Below are positions 12,301 to 25,600 of a DNA stretch of 64,000 nt, one piece after another (the first letter of the stretch is position 1; each line of letters opens with the position of its first letter). Origin of the DNA: Macrostomum lignano (taxonomy: Eukaryota); contig NIVC01000070.1 of NCBI GenBank assembly GCA_002269645.1, forward strand, positions 434,001 to 498,000, read 5' to 3'. Made by a program: the position numbers and the translations under genes. Under the pieces are notes generated by a model, which made no database searches, was not told the DNA's origin, and saw nothing but the letters and a program-made list of their open reading frames with translations.

Positions 12301-15300
12301 ACTGCACTCAATAAACCAAGGACTATTGCTCTTGGCAAACCAAGGATTACTGCACTCGATAAGCCAAGGACTATTGCTCTTGGCAAACCAAGGATTACTG
12401 CACTCGATAAGCCATGGATTATTGCTATTAATAAACCAAGGATTACTGCACTCGATAAGCCAAGGATTATTGCTATTAATAAACCAAGGATTACTGCACT
12501 CGATAAACCAAGGATTATTGCTATTAATAAACCAAGGATTATGCACTTGGCAAACCAAGGATTACTGCACTCGATAAGCCAAGGATTATTGCTATTAATA
12601 AACCAAGGATTACTGCACTCAATAAACCAAGGACTATTGCTCTTGGCAAACCAAGGATTACTGCACTTGATTAATCAAGGATTATTGCTATTAATAAACC
12701 AAGGATTACTGCACTCGATAAGCCAAGGATTATTGCTATTAATAAACCAAGGATTACTGCACTCGATAAGCCAAGGATTATTGCTATTAATAAACCAAGG
12801 ATTACTGCACTCGATAAGCCAAGGATTATTGCTATTAATAAACCAAGGATTACTGCACTCGATAAGCCAAGGATTATTGCTATTAATAAACCAAGGATTA
12901 CTGCACTCGATAAGGCATGGATTATTGCTATTAATAAACCAAGGATTACTGCACTCGATAAGCCAAGGATTATTGCTATTAATAAACCAAGGATTACTGC
13001 ACTCGATAAGCCAAGGATTATTGCTATTAATAAACCATGAATTACTGCACTCGATAAGCCAAGGAATATTGCTATTAATAAACCAAGGATTACTGCACTC
13101 ATAAGCCATGGATTATTGCTATTAATAAACCAAGGATTACTTACTGCACTTGGCAAACCAAGAATTACTGCACTCGATAAGCCATGGATTATTGCTATTA
13201 ATAAACCAAGGATTACTGCACTCGATAGCCAAGGACTATTGCTCTTGGCAAACCAAGGATTACTGCACTCGATAAGCCAAGGACTATTGCTCTTGGCAAA
13301 CCAAGGATTACTGCACTCGATAAGCCATGGATTATTGCTATTAATAAACCAAGGATTACTGCACTCGATAAGCCAAGGATTATTGCTATTAATAAACCAA
13401 GGATTACTGCACTCGATAAGCCAAGGATTATTGCTATTAATAAACCAAGGATTATGCACTTGGCAAACCAAGGATTACTGCACTCGATAAGCCAAGGATT
13501 ATTGCTATTAATAAACCAAGGATTACTGCACTCAATAAACCAAGGACTATTGCTCTTGGCAAACCAAGGATTACTGCACTTGATTAATCAAGGATTATTG
13601 CTATTAATAAACCAAGGATTACTGCACTCGATAAGCCAAGGATTATTGCTATTAATAAACCAAGGATTACTGCACTCGATAAGCCAAGGATTATTGCTAT
13701 TAATAAACCAAGGATTACTGCACTCGATAAGGCATGGATTATTGCTATTAATAAACCAAGGATTACTGCACTCGATAAGCCAAGGATTATTGCTATTAAT
13801 AAACCAAGGATTACTGCACTCGATAAGCCAAGGATTATTGCTATTAATAAACCATGAATTACTGCACTCGATAAGCCAAGGAATATTGCTATTAATAAAC
13901 CAAGGATTACTGCACTCATAAGCCATGGATTTTGGCTATTAATAAACCAAGGATTACTTACTGCACTTGGCAAACCAAGAATTACTGCACTCGATAAGCC
14001 ATGGATTATTGCTATTAATAAACCAAGGATTACTGCACTCGATAGCCAAGGATTACTGCGCTTGATAAGCTTGGCTACATGTATAGGATTATTTCTATCC
14101 AGGGATGCTTGCTATTTAGGGATTCTTGCTATGTGCAGGATGCTTGCTATCTGGAAGGATGCTTCTACATTATTTGGGGTATGCTTGCTATCTGCAAGAT
14201 GCTTGCTATCTGCAAGATGCTTGCTATCTGCAGATGCTTGCTATCTGCAGATGCTTGCTATCTGGGTGGATGCTTGGTAGGAGTATTAGGGGATGCTTGC
14301 TACTGGGGGGATGCTTGCTGTCTTGGGAATATTTTCTATTTAGGGGTAATGACTAAAATTCATGAGAGCTAGCCTAGAGGTAAACAGACTAAACTGCTAA
14401 ATGCAGGGACGATGGTTCGAATTTTTAGACAGTAGAGTTTTTTTAATTAAAGCTTTTTAACGCCAAGACAAAAAAAAATTATGGAAGCGTCATGTAAACA
14501 ATCATAGAAGCGTCATGTAAAAATCATAGAAGCGTCATGTAAAAATCATAGAAGCGTCATGTAAACAATCATAGAAGCGTCATGTAAACAATCATAGAAG
14601 CGTCATGTTAAAATCATAAAAGCGTCATGTAAACAATCATACAAGCGTCATGTAAACAATCATAGAAGCGTCGTGTAAAAAAATCATAGAAGCGTCATGT
14701 TAAAATCATAAAAGCGTCATAAAAAAATCATAGAAGCGTCATGCAAACAATCATAGAAGCGTCATGTTAAAATCATACAAGCGTCATGTAAACAATCATA
14801 CAAGCGTCATGTAAACAATCATAGAAGCGTCATGTAAAAAATCATAGAAGCGTCATGTTAAAATCATAAAAGCGTCATAAAAAATCATAGAAGCGTCATG
14901 TAAACAATCATACAAGCGTCATGTAAACAATCATAGAAGCGTCATGTAAAAATCATAGAAGCGTCATGTAAACAATAATAGAAGCGTCATGTAAAAATCA
15001 TAGAAGCGTCATGTAAACAATCATAGAAGCGTCATGTAAACAATCATAGAAGCGTCATGTAAACAATCATAGAAGCGTCATGTAAACAATCATAGAAGCG
15101 TCATGTAAAAAATCATAGAAGCGTCATGTAAAAATCATAGAAGCGTCATGTAAAAATCATAGAAGCGTCATGAAAAAATCATAGAAGCGTCATGTAAAAA
15201 TCATAGAAGCGTCATGTAAAAATCATAGAAGCGTCATGTAAAAAATCATAGAAGCGTCATGTAAACAATCATACAAGCGTCATGTAAACAATCATAGAAG

Positions 15301-17026
15301 CGTCATGTAAACAATCATACAAGCGTCATGTAAACAAGCATAGAAGCGTCATGTTAACATAGAAGCGTCATGAAAAAATCATAGAAGCCTCATATAAAAA
15401 CTAATGAAAGTGTGTCATTTAAAAAATTAAGAAGCATCATGGAAGAATAAAAGAAGCGTAACGTAAAAATCAAAAGAAGCGTCATGTCAGACATGAAACA
15501 AGTGTCATAAAAATTAAATGAAGCTATAGTGCTGTGCTGGGGAGAATCACTGAGACGTCAAGGCTCACAGAGAATAACTGAGATTACAGGGGGGTTTCTG
15601 AGATGTTAAAGCAAAAGTCAGAAGCTACTTCAAAGTACATGTACTTTACTTAAGTTTTTTTATTGCATTCTTTGTTGGCTTGCCACGGTGGGGGGGGGGC
15701 GCTGATAGAAGAAGAGTCATGTAAAAATAAAAGGAGCACTATGTATACATAAAATAAAAGTCATGTCAAAGTTAAAAGATTCATTTGGGAATTGCTACGA
15801 TGTCAAAGCTTGGAGGGAATCGTTATAGTGCTGTGATTCTTAAAGAAGGAATCACTTAATGCCAAGGCTTAGGGAAGAAGAATTGCTGTGATTTCAAGGC
15901 TTTAGGTTGGGTGAAAGTTAGGTTTACGTCAGGTTTGGGTTGAGGGTTAGATTTTAGCGCGTTTCAAGGTTAACAGGGGATTTTTTAGATTTCAAGGTTT
16001 ATGGGGGGCATCGCTGACATGTCAAGGCTTACGAGGGGAATCTATCTATCTATCTATCTATAGCTGAGATGTCAAGGCTCACGGGGGAATAAATGAGATG
16101 TCAAGGCTAATGTCAGAAGCTACATGTAGTTTATTGGAAAAAAGTTATTACATTATTTGTTGGCTCCTCACGGGAGGGATCGCTGATAGAAAAAGCGTAA
16201 TGTAAAAAAAAAGAAGCTTCATGTCGAAGTTAAGAGATTCATTTGGGAATCCCTACGATGTCGAGGCTTGCAGGGAATCGCTATAATGCTGTAGTAGTGC
16301 TATAGACTCTTAGAGAGAATTACTGAAATTTCAATGCTTTAGGGTTAGGGTTAGGGTTAGGGTTAGGGTTAGGGTTAGAAAGTAGACAGATTTTTTAAGA
16401 TTTCAAGGCTTATGGGAGCATCGCTGAGATGTCAAGGGGGGAGTTGATATGTTAAGGCTTGTGGGGGGGGGATTGCTGACATGTCAAGGCTTACAAGGGT
16501 ACTGGTAGCGTACTGAAGCATACTGGTAGAAGTAGCTCTGAAAGAAGGCAAGTATGGTTGAATTTCAATGTCTGTTATAAAATTCTGCACAAACATGTTT
16601 TATTGGTACATAAGCCTGGAATTAAAATGAGAATTCGATTCCTAGCCCCCCTCCCTAAGAATTTTTTTTCATTTTAAAGGATTCGTCCCTTGCTTATTGG
16701 CCACCCCGAAGGGGGGCGCTAGATTGCTAGTCGGCCTCCTAAAAATTGCACGATCTTTGAGTTTTACGTCCTACTATACGTACTACAGTGGTGCTTGTCT
16801 CCAGATGGCTTGTGCTGAAAAGTTCCGACCACAACCAAATGCAGGCCTGTGGGTCGGAGTGTCAATCATCACCCTGCTAGAGGTGCTGGAGCTCGTCATT
16901 CATCTGGTCCAACTGGCAGCGCTGAAACTGACGGGAACGGCGAAAAAATCACCCCGGAGCACCGAAATCCAACTGCAAGCGGACAACGGTGCAGTCAGCA
17001 AGTCCGAAGTGTCGATATCCTTTTAA
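9345..17026 (+). CDS. DEG/ENaC (amiloride-sensitive sodium channel) family protein, 3' exons only: 9345-9664, 9842-10388, 16845-17026; upstream exons outside the window
   Basis: Cys-rich thumb (EDC...ETCGC...CPVRC). Spliced pre-TM2/TM2 reads SDLGGILG|LWVGVSIITLLEVLEL with a GxS filter. Phases match across a GC-AG intron (phase 0) and a 6.5-kb GT-AG intron (phase 1). Confidence 0.9.
11700..14058 (+). repeat. 24-bp minisatellite, two alternating variants (CTGCACTCGATAAGCCAAGGATTA / TTGCTATTAATAAACCAAGGATTA) forming 48-bp dimers and larger blocks
   Basis: Direct tandem units; pseudo-ORFs repeat every 16 aa. Confidence 0.95.
14100..14320 (+). repeat. Degenerate 18-bp GATGCTTGCTATCT array
   Basis: Same core as 950-1460. 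Confidence 0.8.
14480..15390 (+). repeat. 22-23-bp minisatellite (AATCATAGAAGCGTCATGTAAAC)
   Basis: Direct tandem units. Confidence 0.95.
16339..16378 (+). repeat. Interstitial telomere-type tract (TTAGGG)6 TTAG inside the Helitron
   Basis: Six perfect TTAGGG units read directly. Confidence 0.95.
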
Positions 17027-18365
17027 CAGAGTCGAAAATGCTTCGCAGCTGCACAGAGCACCAACTGAGTTCGATAAATTCTGGTAGCCCCCTTGTGTAA
17101 AATTAAAAAAGCAGCAAAAATACTCAGAGATTTATATAATGTTGTTGTAAGCAGTCTTTTACAGTCTGTCAAAAGAGCCCCTGAGATACCGCGATCACAA
17201 TGAGTAAGTGGCAAAATATGAGCGTACTTGTACAGTTTTTCTAGTCTTAAGAACAAATTGTTTCAATTTTCCTACCGTTATGCCTAGCTACTGATTTTTT
17301 AGACTTTATTTCTATTTTTATTACAATTTCTATATTCATAGAATTGCATATTTCGAGCGATACACATGTATGAGCATATCCTCTACAAATCTTATATTAT
17401 ACAGTACACCGATGCTAAACTCAATGCTACACATTGAGCTACACTCGATGTTACATTCTGTGCTACACTCAACGTTTTACTCTCTGCTAAATGCTACAAT
17501 TTAGTTTACATTCTACGCTACACTCTGTCGCAGTCCATGCTACACAAACTACACTGCATTCTGTTGTTACACTCTGCCCATATCTATCCGCTTGCATATG
17601 AAGCTACTCTGCACTACTTTTTATGCACTAATTGGAATTGCCTTTGGCAGTTATTCATACCCTAACTAATCAGTTAGCATGATGACTGGCTAAATCCTAT
17701 GAAGCTACAAAGCAAATGCTTATTACTAAACGACAGAGGTTAATACCGCTTGAGCAGCCAACCATCTGAGGTGCCTACTGCCGGGCTGATGCATCTCTCT
17801 CTCGATGTCGGAAGGCTAGTTTACTCTGGTCCAAAACCATAAATTTTATTCCGTTTAGCCTGAGCCCACAAAGGAGTGACTCCAGCCCGCCTCTACGCGC
17901 TAAAACTATAAAAGCTTTGGTCAGGAGTTGCTTCTCCCAGCTTCTGGTTTAAGTTCTCCTTGGGCTGGTCCACTAATAAATGCCGACAAAATCCCGGATA
18001 TTTGGCCAGTCTGCTTCTATCCCTGACTTTGCCTCTCCCCTCCCTCCGGTTGCTCCGCTCATTAAACGTGTCAAAGGGCTCCTAGTTTTGTCCTCTAAAA
18101 TTCCACTAATGCCACCAAGTTGTTACGGGGGTTTTATTTTAGAGCATAGATCTTAGAATAAGGACTGCGTGTTGTTCTTAGTAGATATCTGATTAATTTA
18201 CTGAGTATATGCCTGAGTAGTATCTGTCTGAGTATATATCTGCGATTTTTCGTTCTTTATTGGTAGCGTTCCTATTATGCACTGGTAGCGTTCCATGTAA
18301 ATCTAAGGGATACAAGTTATAAGAGATATAAAAGCACTCTTGTATTGCAAAAATAGTGGAGAAAT

Positions 18366-18556
18366 CCCTAACTTTTTTATCGTTAGGCATGTACACTTCC
18401 TGTGCCTTGTGAGTTAGTCCTCAAGGGCGTTAATTTCTCGAGCAGAGCGAAGCCGAGATTCCAATTTAGCCCCAAATTAATGCGACTGCACTGGGAATCG
18501 AGCCTGGGTCGCCGGCACATCAGAGCGCCGCGCTGGACCACTGGGCTACGGCTCCC
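18366..18556 (-). mobile_element. tRNA-derived SINE, family A (partial copy)
   Basis: Reverse complement matches 37582-37790, including A-box- and B-box-like motifs. Confidence 0.75.
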
Positions 18557-20121
18557 TCAAGCCCTAAAGAACGTGCATAGACGCTCGTGAAATTTCGAGC
18601 TTGTGGATTTTTAAGCTTGAGAATGCAACCTCATGAGCTACTGACTCATCGGGTTAAGGTTAGCGATTGTTGTGGACCTTGATCAATTCTTGCACAACTG
18701 GGGGATCGTTCCGTACCAGTCTGTAAATTTTAAAGAAACTGACACTGCTGATGCTATCAACATCGGATTGCGAAGCCAGTGCTATAATATTAACTTGTTC
18801 CAGAATATATTTTAACTCGTGAAATCTTATATGCTCCAGACAATGAACTACAGGAGTCCATGTCTATGCTCATGGTTTCAAATAAAAAATTACAACAAAA
18901 ACAAGAATACAGCAAATCAGTTTTCTGAGTTTTGCTCCTACTATAGCTGTTAAAATTGTGCCGATCGCGCTTCAAACACTGCAGCTCCGACTGCGACTTG
19001 CAGCTACTTGCACCGATTTTGCGGTCAGATGCGAAGCCTCGAGGACGAGAACACAAATCGACGCTTCATAGCCAGCATAAAAACGTTTCTCAGAATCTCC
19101 TTTTGCACAAACTGGTCAGGATAACCTGGAGCAGCTTCAACAGGTAAGAAGTTGCGCTCCTCGACTGCATCTGGCTGGGCCGTCTTGTCTTCCATCTGCT
19201 CCGGATAGGCTTGAACAGAATGACTCTCTGAAATGTTTTTTCGAATATAAGATTGCATGTAAATTCATGTTGACCATTTTACACCTGATGCTCATACATG
19301 TAGATAGTACATGTATATCTGAGATAGTCGTAAAGACTGCTTCTCTATACAACGCCGATCGTCCCGTAGGACGCTGGCTGAGGCCCTCAATTCTGTAATG
19401 TACTGTACAAGCGAGCGCAACTGAGACTATCGTCATAAAACCATGCGGGATGGCTGCGGAACTGAATATCCTGCTGCTGAAGTTGCTCTTTGAAAGTGCG
19501 ATGCGATACCCCGTTAGTTGTAGTTAATATCTGTAAATATACTCACGGTGTACCGGAGCAAGCAGAAGGAGGCCGACCAGAGTCCACCAAATCCAACGGT
19601 GACTGTCCGTTTGGTGCATAATGTCGATTCAATGGAGAATTATTGATATTTTCTGAACTGTTGAACCTGATTTCAGAACGAGATAGAAATTTCCACCCCA
19701 GCTCGATGCCTTTCTCTTATATAGAGTACCGCGGTTGAAAATTGGCCTGTGCGCCAGTTCGACGCACAAAAGAAGCCGATGTTTGCACCTGGCATCCATG
19801 CACAAGGCCACTTCTTTGACTTTGATGCCCTCTCGCTGTTTGATGGCTCAGGTGATCGAGATGCTGAAATCATTTTAGCAAGGGACCATTTCAACGGGTA
19901 GCATAATTGCAAGTACATATGCAATTGGTGCAGCTGGCTCTTCCTTCGCAATTGGGATCGTCTGTGCAGGAGCAGAAAATTGGCTACCTAACAACCGACA
20001 AATCCTGCCGGTCTAACAGCCTTTGCGTCATCAGTATGACTCAGAAACGCTAGGTGAAAATTTTCAGAAGCCAGGATAGAAGCCACTTCTAGAGTCCTGA
20101 AACGCATCGCGGCCATGCGTC

Positions 20122-20390
20122 AGGGTCCGTAGCCTAGTGGTCAAGCGCAGCGCTCCTATACTAGTGGCCTATATGCTTAATTCCAAGTGCAATCACTTTT
20201 CTTTGGAGCTAGGATTTGAATCGCGGCTTGTTGGATCTGTTCGTGAAACTAACGCCCTTGATGGCCAACCCCCCAAGGCTGTACACTCCTGTGCGTGTGC
20301 CTACATGTACGTGTACGTATCCGCGCGTTTGTGTGCCTGATCAGGGGAATCGGCGGAATGGACAGTAATGCCTGTCGCCGCGGTTGTGTG
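20122..20390 (+). mobile_element. tRNA-derived SINE, family A (diverged copy)
   Basis: GTAGCCTAGTGGTCAAGCGC head; shared body GCTGTACACTCCTGTG...GTATCCGCGCGTTTG...GGCGGAA with 37582-37900. Confidence 0.7.
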
Positions 20391-20639
20391 ACAATGTGGC
20401 CTCAAGTGCGCCAGGGTGCACACAGCCCCTGACTCTATTCGAAGAAATGGATTAGGAAGCTTGTTTGAATGACTTGTTTAGCAAAATGAGTAACTTACAT
20501 TTACATATGTATTACTTGCACCCAGATCGAAATGAATTCATAGAGTTATAAATCGACATCAAGGTCAGCATCGTCGTTAAAGAAAAGGCTGCCTTTTGTT
20601 GTGCTAAATCAGTCCTGCTGCAATTCGAGACCCTACTGT

Positions 20640-21530
20640 TTCTGTTGCGCCGATGCGTGGGTTGACGTCAACCGGAGAGGCGGCTCAGCGTGCTTGGCTA
20701 CGCCAACAATCTCGCCCTTCTGTCTTCAACTGTCGAGGGCGCCCAGCGACAACTGGACAAGCTAGTTGCTGTTTCGGCGAGTGTTGGCCTGGTGGTCAAC
20801 ACGCAGAAAACAGTCGTGCTCTGCGTGCCGGACGACACCGAGGCTTCAAATTTGTGCCGAGGCGCTGATGGACAGGTGACAGAGCTTCCGCTTTGTCAGC
20901 AGTTCATCTACCTCGGCGGTCTGGTTCCCGGCATCGCCGTGGGCTTGCTTTTGCTGCTTTTCGTTCTGTGAGGGCAGTCCTGCAGTCCGAGGCCTTATAC
21001 CCGACCGCCAGAGGGCGGCGTTGTTCCTAGCGGTGATCGAGACCTTACTGTTGTACAACGCCGATCGAGACCTGGACGATGACGGACTTGCTCGAGCAAC
21101 AGGTTGACGCAGCTCACACTGGCCTGCAGCTGCGCGCCACCTTCAAGATCGCGGCTACGAGCGAGTAGCCAACGCGGCTTTGCATTACTGCGCCGGCCTG
21201 GTCTGTCCAAGTGCCCTAGCTGTTGCGCCGTCGGCGGACTCCAGCTAGCAGGCTACATCATCCGCGGTGAGTCGTACTGCCCAGAGCCGGTGCAGGAGGT
21301 ACTTCTGCTGACGCTGCAGACACCCTATCGGCATGGGGGAGGCCCGAACTCGGCGCTTCGTCGACTGCCTGCTGGCTTACGCTGGCGCCCCGGATTCGGT
21401 CGGTGGCGTGGCGTTCGTTCGCGACCTGGCCCTGAGGCGCGACCTGTGATGCTGACCGCGTATTTTTGTGTTTTTGAGGCCCAACATGACCGCCAGTGCG
21501 ACAGTCGAAGAGACCGATCTGTTGTTGTTT
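20640..21530 (+). mobile_element. Decayed 5'-truncated non-LTR retrotransposon (LINE, RTE-like) reverse transcriptase C-terminal remnant
   Basis: LGYANNLALLSSTVEGAQRQLDKL...VGLVVNTQKT...FIYLG: the YADD motif is mutated to YANN. Downstream frameshifted ETLLLYN-type segment and a short (GTT)n tail near 21520. Confidence 0.75.
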
Positions 21531-22690
21531 GGTGTTGCTGTAAAAAGAGTTGGCGTTGTTTGAGGGATATTTAAACAATTAAGGTGAACTAAAGACTAAC
21601 ATTAGACCTTTGAGTTGATTAAATTCCTACCATATTGCAGCCGACAGACATGCCTGTGGTGCATTTAAATTCTAAAAGAGTCTATGTTATCTATATACAT
21701 ACATAACGTAACATGTTATATTAGTGGAGGAGTGTGAGTTAGCTACACGTACTGGTAGGAAAGGATGGAGGCGGAACTGAAGAAGGTTAAGACTGGAAGA
21801 AACCAGCGACGACGGAGAGAAAGGTATAAGAATACCAGATTGAGCTTATACACGTGCAGAGAGAGAAAACTAGCTGTAAACAAGAACGAGCTGGACATAC
21901 AATGTATCTAAAAGAGAGATACAAATGAATCATCTTTTCTTTATCGCAGTTGCTATTATACATGTACATGCGCATGTATGTACGGTGTTACTGTTACATT
22001 GTATACTTAATAAACTTGTACTTTCTATGCATTATCCAAGGACGATAGCTGAAGTTACTGCTGTCTCAGGACGTACATGTACGCAACACTATACTCGTAT
22101 AAATATTTCATTTTTTAAGACTCATTTGGTCAAAAGACTCATTTATTACTTTTTGCTTCCTTGCAACTCTTTTGAAAATTTTTTAGCAATATATACATGC
22201 ACATACCTGTCCGTACATTTACATGCATGCCTACAATAAGCTACTGTACGGGTACATGTAGCTTTTTCACATATTGCTGGGATGTTTCAGAAAGGACTGA
22301 GGGCTTTAAATGACTTTTTCCTTAAAGAATATAGCTACTTCAAAGAAAACTGAGTCGAATTCCACTATTCAGATTAGAAATTGCCGCTCTAGTAGCAGAT
22401 ACAGTTCTTCTTTCTAAATCTATCGGTGTGCCCATGCGCCGATAGGTGTTCATTAAAACAAAAATAAATAGCTTTTATCACATTCACTGTGAGTTAATTA
22501 TTTAAATGACAATTATTGTAACTAAACTAACACTTTTATCTAACCTACAAAATAAGTTTTACCAATAAATATAACAGTTACTTTACATAAAACTGATATT
22601 TTCTAAGAAATATTCATGCGCTATTTTCGAACGATTATTAGTAGTGCGAATATAATATTTAGTTAGTCAGATCTCCTTAACATATATGCA

Positions 22691-25600
22691 ATGGAAGATC
22701 TAAGATCAAATATCCTAGCGTATATTGACAAGCATGAAACTTGTTCGTCCACAGAATTATGTAAGGAAATGAATGTTGAGCACCAAAAGATAGTAGGAGC
22801 CTTGAACAGCATTCTTGCCTTTGGAGAGGTAATTTTCTGGTGCTTACCAAGTTCTTTTATAAATTTTTCCCAACCTGTATTTGTTTCTATCTATTGTTTG
22901 AGTTGGCATAATCTTGTCTATACAATAAAAGACTGTTTAACAAGTTATTTACTATGATGGTTACTGGTCAGCTTGGTGACAAGAAATTTTGTCATTCTCC
23001 TCGAATTGTTCGTTAAACTATTTTTTCAATGTTTTTCGCATTTTCTCTGATGATTTTAGCTGATTTTAGCATGTTTGGACATTCCTCAAGCTAAAACAGT
23101 TAAAGTAACAACTTTGTTTTATTCAAGCACTTTTTCCATCGTTATTCCTAACATTCCTAAAAATTTGAGGATGGCCTCTTGGCATGGTGTTGATAGACTG
23201 AATGGTTAGTTAATGGTCTTAGCGAGAACTAATTAGCCAAAAGAACATAAGTCTTAGTGTTCAGACTTCCCATCCCTCTAACCAACTCATCCCTTTGGGC
23301 CAAAGACACTTCCAACAAGTATCAGTGCTACATCAGACAATAGTCATTTCATCTGGCACCGCCTTTTTGTCTGCTGGCAGATGAAACAACTTTTTGAAAA
23401 TAAAAATTTAAGGTATAGCTATATAGCTAGCAAAGCTAATTTTTCCTAAATATATATTGCAAGGCATGCAAAAAGGATATTAGTTTTTTTAAGTATAATT
23501 TTGTTTATTGCAATATTTCAAAGAAATATAATATTAATTTTCAACATTCATTGAAAAAAGAACTTGTGGATGGGAAGCTGCTGCAGTTACAAATATTGAA
23601 GGCAAATACAAAGTTCACTGTTGAATATGATTGGCCAGCTATTATGAGCATTGTTATTATAATCTCATCCAATGATAATAATGCATTTTCATTATGAACA
23701 ATTATTCAGCTTACAAATTCTATATACAAGAAGTTAGTATATGTGTACATTACTATTCTCTTAAGAAAACCTTTTTTAGATTCTATGCTTGTGCTTCTAA
23801 CCGAATGAGTTCTTTATATTCACTATAGGCTTAAGTACTTTTTAAGATATACAGATATTTTTTTCATTATTTATTTATGGTGTCATACTTAGTCTTAATA
23901 TTTGTGGTAGACAAAATGACTGCATTATATTTTTGCAGACAAGAATGGTAGAAACTGGCAGCAAACAAAATGACCATCAACCCAGACAACATGTGTTGGA
24001 TTTTTATCCTTCAAAAATTTTTACTTTCTTTTTTGTAACTCAGCTGAGTCATACTTTTCAGTTAGCCAACTCCCTTTGTCTACCATGCTCTTTCCCATAG
24101 AAAATCCTAGCTATTAATTTACCATAGATATTTCAGCTAACCTGTTTGTTATGTTAGTAAATACAAGTTTAAATTGTAGCCTAGGCCCTTCACTTCTTTT
24201 TTGCCCCATTATAGAGATGTAAAAAGTGCTTAAAAAACAACGCTGTTAATTTTATTGTTTTAATAGCTCCGGGGATGTCCAAACATGCTAAAATACGCTT
24301 CTAAAATGGAGAAAATGCAAAAAAACATTGAAAAATAGTTTAATGAATGATTCGAGAATGCCAAACTTTTGGTTACAATACAACCACTGGGAACAATTAC
24401 AGATACTTTAGTGACAAATTCAGATGCTTTGGTGTCAAATTTTGTCTAGTTGGTGATATCTTCAATGCAGTCAGCTTGGCGATATCCCCATTTTTATATA
24501 TAATCTAAATATACTAAATTATATACTATCCATAGTCTAGAAGGTGGCCTTTATTCCAGAAAATTCCAGCATATTTTGCCCCTCAGTGACAATCTTGGTA
24601 TACACTGGGTATAAATAATTTTAGTACCAAGCAAGCTTAACAAAGTTAAGGCCCTAGATCCATAATCAATAAGATGGCCTAATTAAAATATATTAACATT
24701 ATATTTTGTATAAAAAAGATTCAAATATAAGTTTCACCAGTATTTTTCAAATGAAAAATATTGATTTGTGTTTTTGTTTCATTTTAAAAAAGATCTGACA
24801 TATAGTGCAAGCAAACTTATTAGAATAAGAATAGTTCCGGCAGTGTATAGCGCAACAAAACTTTTTGATAAGATTTGTTCTAGTACAGGGGTGAGCTATA
24901 ATCCTGACTGTAGCCTTAGTTTATTGCACTAAATTATAATTTAGTTTTTTTCAAACTTTTTAGCAAATTTGCCAACTCTGCAATGATTAGAAAACATTGG
25001 AAAACATTGTCCCTGAAAACAACTGCTAAGTTTATTAATATCAGCATCAACCTGACAATTTTTTAGGCCTTCCAACCATTTGTAGAGGTTTCAGTTTCTA
25101 TTTCCACGTCCAGTTTCCAAAGAAGTGTCTGGGAAAGGTCTTCAATTCTTCAGAACTTCCTATACTGGGTGACTCAATAGTACTAATATTATTAACTCAT
25201 CTAACACTTACCTGACACTTATAATATGCCTGCTACTCATATTACACCTGTTCTGAGGATCTCTGTGTGAAAAAAAATTCATGTAGCACACTAAAAGATT
25301 GCCACTAGAGTCTAGATGTGCATAAAAAAGCTTTTTTAAAAATATATGGAAACAAAACAGAAAATAATAACTTAATAATACAATTTGCAAAGAAAATAAA
25401 AGTTAAACAAAGAATTGAAAATAAGTTATAAGTTATGTTTACAGTCTTTATACTTATCTGCAATAACAACAAATTTTTAGACTTAGAATTATTCCTAGTG
25501 ATTTTGCTTTTACCCAAGCCTTAGTGGTTTGTTGCTACCAAGATTAAGGAACCAGGACAGAAGTACAAGGGATTCTTCATTCAAAAGATATAAATCAATA

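Larger units (their letters stand above)
11030..16730 (+). mobile_element. Non-autonomous Helitron (~5.7 kb) in the last DEG/ENaC intron, carrying four kinds of tandem-repeat cargo
   Basis: A^TCCATATACTA at 11029/11030; 5' ~600 bp homologous to the 5' ends of copies 1 and 2; 3' end CACCCC-GAA-GGGGGG...GATTGCTAG^T at 16702-16731. Confidence 0.85.

Noticed and set aside
223-14372. Dozens of ORFs with DACYLG, MLAIWG, DSKHPP, MSNIKEPP and LHSISQGLLLLINQG repeats
   Set aside because: They are translations of 18-, 23- and 24-bp minisatellites, open in several frames and on both strands, inside Helitron termini, with no splice context.
1-15390. Regular 18-24-bp repeats as a possible CRISPR array
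   Set aside because: Units are contiguous with no unique spacers, there are no cas genes, and the context is eukaryotic with introns.
17760-18110. Possible second LINE remnant (LRAKTIKALVRS-like)
   Set aside because: Similarity too short and degenerate to support by eye.
18780-19960. Several short ORFs and a donor-like CAG|GTAAGA at ~19143
   Set aside because: No consistent long frame or recognisable domain; possibly a decayed gene or element but unsupported.
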